Part shown: positions 53,256 through 64,000 of the stretch, piece by piece
Position numbering within the stretch: position 1 is the first letter of the stretch
Layout of the letters: the number at the start of each line of letters is the position of its first letter
NCBI RefSeq assembly: GCF_004010195.1
Contig: NC_057718.1
Coordinates: forward strand, 73,989,775 to 74,053,774
Direction: 5' to 3'
DNA from: Chiloscyllium plagiosum
Lineage: Eukaryota
DNA: 64,000 nucleotides
Notes under the pieces: model-generated
Seen by the model: only the letters and a program-made list of their open reading frames with translations
Told to the model about the DNA's origin: nothing
Database searches by the model: none
Program-made: the position numbers and the translations under genes

Positions 53256-54939
53256 ATCCTGAACACGAAGCATGATGGATCACATGATCACAGATCAATT
53301 TCATGCGGTGACTACATTATCATTCAGGCTCAAGCAAAGCACAACATATACTTAAACAGCTAAACTCTCGCAGCTAGCATACTTGAAAATCATACCTAAC
53401 TAAGATCAAGCAAATTTCATCAAACTATATCTAAATGGAATATCAAACTTCGGACTTAACTGCTAATCAAGCAAATATTGTAAATTAGAATAAGTAAAGG
53501 TATTGGAGAAACAAACCCATTCACAAAAAATTCATAACGAGAAACGGAAAAGTAAAACAAACTTTATAAAACCGGAGTGAACAGTGATCAAGTAAGGTTT
53601 GCTGAGTACAAATGAGCCAGTAGTGGTAGATTCAAATAAATAGATATAAAAATAAATTCATAGCAAAAACAAGCATTATAAAACTGGGGAATATTTCATC
53701 CAAACAATAGGATAGAACATTCTTTACAAATGACATGTTAACTAATATTTTCTCGTCTAACAAATATTTATCCTGGACTGTTTGGTGTTTCTTGTGTGTT
53801 GTTTCCGGTGCTGATGACTATCCCGATGAAACAGATATTGATTATGTACTGCGTGGTCGTGATTGTCCTGGGCAGTGATCAAGGTTGTTTCTGCTGTTAT
53901 CCTTGTTTAACATCTCAATAGTTTCAAACAAATGTAAAGCATATGCCCTAACCCTCTCTTCCACTTTTTAAAAATGAATAGGAATGTGAACCCCAAGTCG
54001 GGTTTAGAGCGCTGGTAGGCTCCAACCTTGGTCCCTAGTGGTAGGGGTTCAGGATAGTTTTAAATGGGCTGACCATGGAGTGGGCCCAAAAGACTGAAAT
54101 GAGGCGGTCATCATGACCAGTGAATTAAGTATAAAGACGAAGTGGTCATTGTGACCTATGGAGGAAATTGAAGACAAAGATAAAGGAAATGTGAAGGCGA
54201 CAATGGTTGTGACCGTGGGCAGAATGACTCCCATCAGCAAGTAAACAAATAAGAGTTTGTCCCACTGGGACAACAGAGATGTATGAAATGAGTGAAAGTT
54301 TGAATCATCAGAAACATTTGTACCTCGCCTTGGGTGGCTGTCAGGAGCTGTTTCATCATCTGGATTCATGAATGAGTGCATTCATCAAATAAGCACCCAC
54401 AAAGACTCATCAGTGTGTTGTGAATCCTCACTCTCTGAGGGGTATGGCAATATTGTATCCTCCCGGTTTCCATGTCCATGTCCTATCATTCCCTCTAGCA
54501 GTGATACCCTGAATGTTGGATGATACTATTTAATGGTCTGGGTCAGTCTGTTTTTCCGTTTTAGTATTGTCATGTGTTTATGTTGTGGGTACACTGTCTG
54601 GGATTTGAGTAATGAGTTGGGTTTGTTCAGTTTCCTGTCTGTCAGGGGGTTATTGTGGAGTTCCGCCATGTCTTGAATGATTGAAATATGTTGTATGTCC
54701 ATGCTGTCAGTTATTAGCAAGTTGTTCCAATTTGTTAGAGAGTCCATCCATTAAATCAATTAAACCATCTGGGGCTTTCTTAGGCATTGAAGCTGCAGTC
54801 GGTGGTTGTGATGGAAAAGTATGGTTTTCATCAGGGATGAGGTCTGTCTTGAGGATGTGTCAGGGGTATCCTTGGTCTGGTTATTTGCTCTAAGGCAGTA
54901 TCATCTACCACACATATAGTAAGGTGGTGAGAGTGGCTG

Positions 54940-57900
54940 TGTTGTGTGCCATAGTCTTTTAATTGGTTTACATTGGTACCAACCAGTCTTTCCTTTAGCT
55001 TGTAGAACCTTGTATATTGAGGGGCTTGCCTTATCCACCAGGGTGTGTAGACCTGAATATTAAGGTGAGAGAAAGGAACTAGGGTGGTTTATCTGGAGCA
55101 TCATCTGTTGTCCTGTTGGGTATTTGAAAGGGTTAACTTTACTGTCAAAGTAAGCCTTGCTCATTTTCCTTTTTACCCTAACCTAACAGCTGCTGCTAAC
55201 TGAATATTTTCATGGGTGAGGGCAAGTTCTGTAAAGTCAAGACTGAACAAATAATCAACTCCATTTCATGGGGTGGCTGGTTATCAGGGTTTGGGAATAT
55301 ACTTTTGGATTGGCAGAAAGTGTTGGGTACCATCATGAGGACAAACAGGAGTACTGTGTCCCAAGTTTATTGTTCTGCTGCACCATTTTCCTAATCATCT
55401 CTTTTCGAGTGCAGTTCATCCTTCCCACAATCCCACTCGATTGGGGGTGGTATGCAAAGTGGAATTTCTGCTTGATACCACGTATCGTTATCACATTCTG
55501 TATGACTTGGCCAGTGCAATGGATTCCCCGATCTAACTTGAGACTGAGGGGTAGACCCGATCTTGTAAATACCTGTTGTGTTAGGATTTGAGAGATTGTT
55601 TTGGCTGTATTTGTCCCAATGGAAAAAGTCTTGACCCATTATGTGAAAATGCCTATGATGAGTAGATTATAGATAAATCTGTTCCTACATGATAAAAGGG
55701 GTATAATCAATTTGTAGATTTGTCCAGGGCCCTTCCACTGGATGGTTGTGCCTTAGTTCTCCCTTTCTGGATTATTTTTGGCACAGACCAGACAGTTTGC
55801 TATGTAATTAGCGACATCCTTGTGTAAGGAGAAAGTGAGGACTGCAGATGCTGGAGACCAGAGTTGAAAAGTGTGGTGCTGGAAAAACGCAGCAGGCCAG
55901 GCAGCATCCGAGGAGCAGGAGAATCAACGTTTCAGGTATAAGCCTGAAGAAGGGCTTATGCCCGAAACATCGATTCTCCTGCTCCTCGGATGCTGCCTGG
56001 CCTGCTGCGCTTTTCCAGCACCACAATTTTCAACTCTACATCCTTGTGTAAGTCAGGCCAACAAGCCGTTCTTTCAATCGTTCGTAGTGGCCTCTATTCC
56101 CTGGTGCCCATGCCCACCTTGGTATTGATATATGGTTTGATTTCTCCTGTTTTTACTACCAATCCGTCCCATACCTGTAGTTATCCCTTCATTTGGCATA
56201 AGCCTCTGGATATCCTGCTCCCACAATCCGTTTGAAGAATTATTTCGTGTTGTGCATCCTCTATATTGTCGGTCCTCAGTTTGTTTGGCTTACAATGACT
56301 GCATTTGCCTATTCTCCTGTGGGGGGCTTCCAAAATCTCCATGAGTCCCTCTCTTAGGTAGTTCAGCTGCTCTGTGGTTACCTTCTGAGGATGTTTTATG
56401 GTAGCTTCTAATTTTAATTATACTGTATTTCCTTCCACTGGTTGCCTGCAGTACGTATTTTAATAAGGGGGCTGATGGTAGGGGTTTCCCATCATCAGAA
56501 ATAAAACCCCTTCCTTCCCATAATGGTAAAAAGTCAGTGAAGCTGTTGCACACAGATGTGCTATCAGTGTACATATATGCAGGTGAAGGGAACAGATCGG
56601 GTAGCTGACTGCATAGGCCACAGCTGTTAATTCTGCAGTTTGTGCACTTAAATGGCTGGGTAATTTTAAAGCTGGTTCAACCAATGGCTGTCCTTGACTG
56701 TCAATCATGTGTAACCCACAACTAGTGATCCGACTGCCATCCTCGATGGTAGATCCATCTATATAGATTTTGATTGCAGAGACTGCCTGCCTATCACTTT
56801 GTCTCATTCCTAATAATTTCTCAAACTGTTTTGGTATAAAAGCACCAGTGGGGTGTTTAGTGGCTATGATTTGGCAGTCATGCGGATCTTCCCCATAATT
56901 TAGGTTATTAGCTCGGTAGGTGGGCACCTTGGTCCATCTGACTGATGGACTCTACCACTTCAAGGTCAGGACATCGTGCAGCTTGAACTGGCTCAGTGAG
57001 CCATCTTTGATTCAGCCATTCAGCAGGAGCTGGATTAGGCTGCACGATTTAAACCAATGATGTAGTTGAAATACTGAACTGCCCTAAAGACTGCGAGATG
57101 TTGTCATTCGCACATGGATATCCTTGCTCCATTGGGCTGTAGGACCCTGGGGACATACGCCACTATGTCTGGCCTACCCTGCTGCTTTTGCAGTAGAACA
57201 GCAGATATCTGGTCTGTGACTGCAACTTCTAAGGTGTAAGTCAGGGTTGTGAACTAATAAGGCAGGTATTGTTGCGAGAGTGTGTTTTAAATCAGTTACT
57301 GCCTTTGTATGTTGGGATGTCCAATTCCAGGTAGTGGTATTTTTCAGCATCTGAGAGTGGGGCTCCCTTGGTAGCGAACTCATCAATGTGGTTCCTGTAG
57401 TATCCCACTGACCTGGGAAAGATTGGAGGGCACAAACATCTTGGAGGAGTCTGAATCATGCTTTGGAATCTATTCGCTTTTGGTCTATCTCTCTTTTCCC
57501 ATGGGTGACTATCGTTCCCAAGTATGTAACCGTAGGCTGTAGAATTTGCGCCGTCTTTGGATTTATTTTACAACCGAGCACACGTAAAAGGTCGAGTAAT
57601 TTGTCTAGGAGTTGGATGTGCTCCTTTGTTTCGATTTGTAGGAGTAGGTCATCTACATATTGGATTAGGCAGTCAGGCCGAGGAAACCTTTCTAGTCCCT
57701 TGGCTGATTGTCCATGAAAAAATCAAGGGTGAGTTATAGAATCCTTGGGGTAGACAGGTCCAGGTATAATGCTGGTCCTGAAAGGTAAATGTGAATTTGT
57801 ACTGACAGGATATGACAAGGGTATGGGACCAGAAACCATTCCTGATATCAAGTACTGTGAAGTACTTTACTTGCGTGGCTTGCTTCATTATTGTGGCAGG

Positions 57901-58660
57901 GCTGCTGGCTACTGTTGGTGCAATGAGGGGGGTGACTTTATTAAGCTACCGATAATTGGTGGTTAAATGCCATGAACCATCTGGCTTCTTGACTGGCCAA
58001 ACTGGAGCATTATTAATGGAGGCTACAGGTTGCAGCACTCCTTACTGTAACAGACTGTCAATCACCTTGGCCACCTCCCCCTCTGCTTGTCAGGGGAAAC
58101 TGTATTGTTGTTGCTGTCTCAGGTCTGACCCCTCAATTATCACTTCTCCTGGGATATGCCCACAGTTATGTTTATGCTGGGCGAATAGCCCTTTGAGTTT
58201 TACAAACACCTGTTTGAGTCAGATTCTTGGTCATTGTTATGAAATTGAATCAAAACTCCCCTATTTCGCTGATCTCATTAGCATAATTTCCTGTTGAAAT
58301 AATAGGTGGGGCATTGCTAACTGGAGACATCTGCCATATGCAGGCATTCACTGGATCAAAAGTAAGATTGTACCTAGTCATGTAATCGATGCCTAGTATG
58401 TATTCTGTACTTGGGGGACAGTTGACTAAGTTAGCAGGGTGCTGGCATGTTATGTCACCTAATTTAAATTCTGTCGGTTCAGTAATGTACCCCTCCTGAA
58501 CATGGCCAGTAAATCCATTTAAAACAGTAGTCCCTGTGGTCCGCCAGGGCAGATCATTAAATCTTGGTGTTCAGAGTTGTGTGGGAAACTCTGCTATCCC
58601 AAAGAAATTCTATGGGGTGGCCTTCTACCTCACCATTGACTAGTGGTCGATATACACACT
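54940..58660 (-). pseudogene. pol: Retroviral pro-pol pseudogene
   Basis: Protease FLWDSR(G)VS (58590-58601) and ILGIDY; RT PVWPVKKPDGSW, LDIRNGFWS, LPQGFYNSP, YVDD (57648-57659); tether AVLLQ..VAY; RNase H YIDGS..SAQTAEL..YTDS; integrase CLVC, GPWTNLQIDY, AYHPQSSG, C-terminal WYQCNQLK. Confidence 0.9.
55829..56037. mobile_element. Fold-back pLTR/hammerhead insertion inside the proviral integrase
   Basis: 15-bp perfect TSD ACATCCTTGTGTAAG (55814-55828, 56038-56052); CTGAAGA 55944-55950, GAAACATC. Confidence 0.88.
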
Positions 58661-60443
58661 CACTCCATGTTGCACATCCATACTGGGGGACACAGAAGCC
58701 AACTGTCATGTGGATGCCTCATAGGTTTGGATTCAGGAGGGCACTTGGGTTGGCTAGTGTCCACAGCATGGACCGGACCCTGCCAAGTTGGGCCTTCTAA
58801 AGGGAGTTGGTGGCTCCCTCTATCACCCCTTGATTCCGCTGTGGTCAGTGGTCCCTGTGCCTGCGAGTATGGCCACATGTGGGTGCTACATTCTCATGCT
58901 TACTGTCCTGAGGCTGACAGTGGTAGCACTACACTGGTTGCCAAGTGTTTCCATTGCTGTGCCCCTCTATCTCTCCCCATGGCTCACTAGGTTGAACTGG
59001 GTTCCTTTGGGTTCCACTTCCTTCATTCCTCCACACCGGACTCTGGTTGGAGGTTTGGAAAGGAATCATTTTTCAGTCCTTTCTCTCTTTTTGCTCTTGT
59101 TTAGTTTATGGGCTTTTTTCTCCCACACCCGGGACATACTTCTCAGAAACCATGCCTCTTTGTGGCTTGGCTCTGTGCGATTGAAATTCACACAGTCCTT
59201 CATGCTCTGTAGGGTGTCATGGGAAACTTATGTCCTAGCCCACTTAGTTGAGTCAGCCCGAATAGTTGACCCCTGTTTATGTCTTTGTAGACTCCCGAAA
59301 AATAAACTATTGTCAAAGGCTGTTAGATGTGCTCCTTTCTTTTGCCTACACTTGTTTAACCCATCTCTGGGGTCTCCTTTGAACCTAATTGCTGTTAGAA
59401 TCGCGTTTTTCATAGCGGTGAGGATTCCATCCCCTACGTTTAGTGGGGCTGAGATTGCAGACTGCACTGACTGGCTCAGACACATTACAATGAGTTTTAC
59501 TTCCTCTCTCTCTCATATAACCTATGTAAAACCTTTTGTTGCCTGACCCTTTCAAAGAATGTAAATGGATCAGCCGATGGCTCAAAGTCTGGAATTTTTT
59601 AGTAATTTCCGCTAATTGTGCCACTTAAAATAGGGTAATGTATGTTATTGATGGGCATTGGCGTCCCAATGCATCTTTTGGTGGTAATCAGGTTCATTGC
59701 AACACTGGGTGTCCCCAGGGGGTGCTGAAGGAGTTGACTCCTTTGAGAAGGATGGGGGCAGACCCCAGTCTTCCGTGCACATGGTATAATGCTGCGTGTC
59801 TTCCCTGAGTTCATCCCAGTCTATCTTCTGACCTTCCCCTTCAGCTTTAACTTCCCCATATTCGCACATTATTCCATTGCGGATTGAAAGTTGGGCTTTT
59901 AACTTCTCAATCTCCTGCAGGCACAGCTGCCTGTTTCTTTTCCCAATCTATCTGGTGAATTACCTTTACTACTGCCTGTTAATCTGCGCATTTATTTCTC
60001 AATTTCTTCACTCCATTATCACCAACATCTTTAGCTGACACTGTGCATTAGGTATCCTGGTATGCTCTCTCACTGGGTTTGGAGTTGCCTCATGTATCAT
60101 TAGTTTGCTGATTTCTTTGGTTCTGAGCTGAGTTTTTCAGTTTTAACTCCATGATTTCCATTTTTGTGTCCTCTAATTCTTTACGGACTGTTTTCAATTC
60201 CTACTCTGTACCTAACAATTGTCACAGACCGCACCTCATTGCTGTGACTTTTTCAGGCTTGGACGCCTGCTTCCCTTGAATTTTCCTAAAACCCTTCCAG
60301 TGTTTTTGTCCTAGGGATCCTGGTCCCATTTCATCGTTTCAACAAAATTCTGCCTGTATAGGCCACCTTTTCTTACTAATGTATTGCCTTAGCTTCTTTT
60401 CCCAAATGGGACAATCTTCTACTCTAGTGTCTTTCTCTGCCAT
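58660..60443 (-). pseudogene. gag: Retroviral gag pseudogene
   Basis: ATG at 60443 (MAEKDTRVEDCPIWEKKL), coiled-coil-like ELKTVRKELEDTKMEIMELKLK, PSAP 59720-59731, capsid-like region, broken CCHC knuckle 58888-58928. Confidence 0.75.
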
Positions 60444-60797
60444 TCTCGATTAACAAAGGGGTATGGGATGTGAATCAGACTGAGGGTACGGCTTTCACTA
60501 TTTTCTGGTCATGATCCTACCGGGTCTCTGCCGAATTTCCATGTTTTATCTTGCCTATCCCACGGAGGATTGCGCATGCAAATGAGCGCACGCAGACGCA
60601 CTCTGTTTGCTTGATCAGGAGTAAATACCTGTTGGCTTTTTCTTTTAAAGAACAGTTCTGTTTAGATCTTTCTGTTCCTTTCATTTTCTTGAATTCCTGA
60701 TCTTTGTGTCCTCAAAACAATCAGCTCAGGCAAAATCTCAAGGAATATGAGGTTCTATGGGCTTCGATCTCAATATGACAGTCATTTCTTCTCAAGA

Positions 60798-60814
60798 TCC
60801 CATCTGGGGTGCCA
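60798..60814 (-). promoter_or_regulatory. Primer binding site, tRNA-Arg(CCU)
   Basis: TGGCACCCCAGATGGGA on - strand just inside the 5' LTR, complementary to the vertebrate tRNA-Arg-CCT 3' end (...TCCCATCTGGGGTGCCA, recalled sequence). Confidence 0.8.
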
Positions 60815-60817
60815 GTT

Positions 60818-61593
60818 TGTTGTATCTGCCACACTAAGTTTTAACTCTTATATCGAGCAAAGAAACTGCAAGTTGGCTCTTAATAAAAATAAATGATATT
60901 TATTTATTTAACACAATTAATACTGTAACAATTAAATGCACTATAAACTAACAATTTATCCTATAAATCTAATGAACTACCTTGTGCTTTAACTTGGATG
61001 ATCATATACCACCATACTAGATCTTGGTTTTGATCCACGTGGTGGTGATCATCTGGTCATCTTCCTGTGGTCCCAGGGGTGTCTTACCTTCACAGTGGTT
61101 CATTTCAAGCTACTGCTCCTGTGGATGTTGTTGCAATGATTTGTATACTTGGTAGTTGTTCCAGTCCTTTAGTGTCCTCCAAAAATCAATCAGGGCTTGA
61201 TCATCCTGAGCAATCGGACTCAACCATGTGTTGTCGTGCTAATGGCAGGGTGGTCCTTGGGCATCCATTCCTGGATGTGTTAGGTGCACAGAGGTCAGGG
61301 AGCCCTTTCCAAATAAGGGTGTAAGGTGCCCCTGTGTCTGGCAAACAACTCGGATTTCCAATTGTCCTGGGGATGGCACTCAGATTAATTCTATTTAATA
61401 CAAGTCAAAGTGCATTTTGTATTGTCTGCAGCTGCTGGGTTAACACTGTCTGTTTGTAGCTACAGCCTGTCTGGATTCTGCAGCGTGTTTATGAAACAGT
61501 CGCTTTGGTCAAGGCTAGTCTCAATTTCCCAGCATGCTTCATCGATTGTCCATTTTCATAAATTCATCATTTTGTCCGGCCCATCCAACCTCA
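60818..61593 (-). repeat. 5' LTR of provirus
   Basis: TGAGGTTGGATGG...TACAACA on - strand; colinear with 52510-53242. Confidence 0.85.
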
Positions 61594-61759
61594 AGTAGTT
61601 ATAACATGTTTTGCAGGACAATTAAAAAGCCACTTGAGGATCTTGATGTGAGGAATCTTTCAGAATGAGATGTAAAATGCAAATCTGGGAAGCATTATTG
61701 ACCATCATTAGTTAAGCTATTTGTGGAACTTGTACCAAAGACATAGTCACTCACATCCA

Positions 61760-62630
61760 TTAGCTCCTTGCACAGATTCTCCCTTTAGGCTCAAGTAAGT
61801 CCCACTCTGTCCCTGATGATCCTCTTAGCCTTAATATGCTGGCTGAAGCCTGGAGGTTTCCCTTGATTCCATCTGCTAAAAATATTTTGAGACTGCTCTT
61901 TGCCCTCCTAACTTTTTTAAGCAATTTCCTATTTTTGAATGGCCTCTTCCATTTTTAGTGTGCTGTACCTGACACGTGCTTCCTTTTTCTTTTATCAGAC
62001 TCAATATTCCTTGATATTCTGGGTTCCCTGGCACGGTGCCCTTGCCCTTCACTCTGAAAGGTCCACAATGGCTCTGAATTCCCTCCATACTACTTTTAAG
62101 AGACACCACCTTTCCAAATATAGACTTATCTGCAAGTAGCTGCTCCCATTCTGTTTTCCAGATCCTATCTAATGAATTGAAATTGGACTTCTGTCAAGCT
62201 AGACACTTAACTTCAGTACTGCCCTTATCCTTTCTATAATGACTTTGAAAAGATTGGGGTCACTATCCCCATAATTCTTGTCAACTGAAACTTTAACCAC
62301 TTGACTGGCTTCTTTCCCAAGTATTAGCTCTAGCACTGGTCTATCAAGACTGTCCATGTATTGGCACAAAAAACTCTCTTGAATGCATGTTATAAGTTCC
62401 ACCCTATGTAATCCTTTCACACTAAAGCAATTTCATTTTGTGTTAGCAAAGTTGAAGTCCCCTACAACTGTAACCATATTTTTCTGCCAGCTTTGTGATT
62501 TGCCTACATATCTGCACCAATATCTCCCTCTTACAGTTGGGAGGCCTCTAGTATAACTACAGTAAGGTAATCACTTTTTTTTAATTTTTAAGCTCTGATT
62601 GGATGGCCTCATTTGAAGACCCTTCTAAGA
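61760..62630 (-). mobile_element. Old CR1 endonuclease-region fragment
   Basis: VVGDFN, CIQESFLCQYMDS..LELILG motifs. Confidence 0.75.
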
Positions 62631-62833
62631 CACCTCAGCAACATTGTTTTCTTGTCTTAATATATTAATTAGCTTGATTCAGAAATAGAAACCGCCAAAA
62701 TGAATTATCAATGTCTGTGGGGTACAAGGGGACAATACCTGAGCTTGTGTTTTGGTAGTGCATTAGTTCAGTGTCTAGAAAACCAAAAGGATATATACCT
62801 ATCGGCAATTTATTGACTGATTTGTGTTTTCAG

Positions 62834-62934
62834 GATCTTTCCCAGATGCGCAGCTTCCTTCAAAGCGACTCATTGGATCCAAGAACTTTGATTTCCTAAA
62901 TTCTAAACGAGAAGAGTTTCAGGAATATCTGCAG
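62834..62934 (+). CDS. SNX14: SNX14 coding exon (PX), (G)[33 protein letters not shown]
   Basis: GACTGA branch-like motif, CAG 62831-62833, GTATGT donor 62935; phase 1-0. Confidence 0.96.
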
Positions 62935-62974
62935 GTATGTAAAATCTAATTTGTCGATGTATTTTTAATGTGAG

Positions 62975-63460
62975 TTCAGAAGTAGGGATGTCTTACTGCA
63001 GTTATACATTGTCTTGTTAAGACATGCAAGGTTTTGCTTGAAGTTTTGGTTTACCCTAATTATGAAAGGATATGGACCTGCCATAGAAGACGTGCAGCAG
63101 AGGCTCATTTGGCCGATACCGAGGGGCTGTCAAACAAAGAGAGTTTGGTTTGGCTGGAATTATATTCACTAGAATTTAGAAAGATAAAAGTGGATTTGAT
63201 TGAAATGAACAAAATTTTACCAGGCTGTACAGACTAGGTGCAGAAAGGATGTTTTCCATGGTTAGGAAGTCTATGCCCAGTGGCCCCAGTCTCAGAATAC
63301 AGATTAGGCCATTTAGGACTGCGATGTGGAAATACTTCTCATCTCAATGGTGGTGAACCCGTAGAATTCTCTATCACTAAAGCCCGTGGAGGCAAAGTCA
63401 CTGAATATATTCAAGAAAGAGAAATTTCAAGAATTTAAAGGGGTATGGGCTAAAGTGGGA
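62975..63460 (+). mobile_element. Old CR1 3' fragment
   Basis: LYSLEFRKIKVDLIE motif. Confidence 0.7.
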
Positions 63461-63469
63461 ATATGAGTC

Positions 63470-63562
63470 AAGATTGTGGTGCTGGAAAAGAACAGCAGGT
63501 CAGGCAGCATCCAAGGAGCAGGAAAATTGATATTTCGGGTAAAAGCCCTTCATCAGGATTCC
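63470..63562 (-). mobile_element. Penelope pLTR arm with hammerhead motif
   Basis: - strand AGGAATC-CTGATGA-AGGGC-TTTT-ACCC-GAAATATC. Confidence 0.75.
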
Positions 63563-64000
63563 TTTGGTGCTCTTCACGATCTCTACAGGAGAGACGTCAA
63601 TGTCTAGCGGAGAGTGGTTGCTCAGTGCCCTCCTGAAGTCAACAACCATCTCTTTCGTCTTGTCCACATTCAGAGACCAGTTGTTGGCTCTGCACCAGTC
63701 CGTTAGCTGCTGCACCTCCTCGCTGTATGCTGACTCGTCATTTGCGCTGATGAGACCCATTACAGTCTTATCGTCAGTGAACATGATGATGTGATTTGAC
63801 CTGTGCATCACTGCACAGTCATGTGTCAGCAAGGTGAACAGCGGTGGACTGAGCACGCAGCCCTGGGGTGACCCCGTGCTCAAGGTGATGATGTTGGAAA
63901 TGCTGTTTCCAATCCGGGCTGACTGAGGTCTCCCAGTCAGGAAGTCCAGGATCCAGTTACAAAGGGAGGTATTTAGGCCTAGCAGACTCTGCCTTCCAGT
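63563..64000 (-). mobile_element. Rex1/Babar-type LINE RT fragment
   Basis: [51 protein letters not shown]. Confidence 0.85.

Larger units (their letters stand above)
52510..61593 (-). mobile_element. Decayed endogenous retrovirus-like provirus (spuma-related pol): LTR-gag-pro-RT-tether-RH-IN-LTR
   Basis: Two ~740-bp direct repeats, PBS, PPT and all pol motifs in retroviral order on - strand, with many stops and frameshifts. Confidence 0.9.

Noticed and set aside
58788..59546. Longest ORF in the track (252 aa, + strand) as an antisense viral protein
   Set aside because: Non-ATG start, no recognisable domain, and it lies in the antisense register of gag that is naturally stop-poor; would need conservation across copies
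52510..61593. Strict assignment as an endogenous foamy virus
   Set aside because: CCHC knuckle remnant, tRNA-Arg PBS and absence of env/bel genes conflict; needs phylogeny

Overview
Vertebrate genomic DNA, almost certainly an elasmobranch (shark/ray), inferred from many HE1-type V-SINEs and their CR1/HER1 partner LINEs. The window is the middle of a + strand sorting nexin-14 (SNX14) gene. Eight coding exons, from the RGS C-terminus to most of the PX domain, splice in frame with canonical GT-AG sites; one is a 27-nt microexon. Introns are mostly transposon relics: CR1, Rex1, Penelope-like elements with hammerhead ribozyme motifs, a Mag-like Gypsy element, three solo LTRs and two Tigger-like MITEs. 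Three things stand out. (1) A ~9.1 kb decayed antisense provirus (52510-61593) with foamy-like protease and RT, a gypsy-like tether plus retroviral RNase H, a CCHC knuckle, a PSAP late domain, a tRNA-Arg(CCU) PBS and no recognisable env. (2) A cluster of RBFOX-flanked alternative exons in the RGS-PX linker: the 27-nt microexon, a candidate 156-nt in-frame cassette and a candidate 16-nt frameshifting microexon. (3) A family of ~150-220 bp fold-back, TSD-flanked Penelope-derived insertions whose symmetry axis sits on a hammerhead ribozyme. All calls were made by eye; no searches were run and repeat boundaries are approximate.
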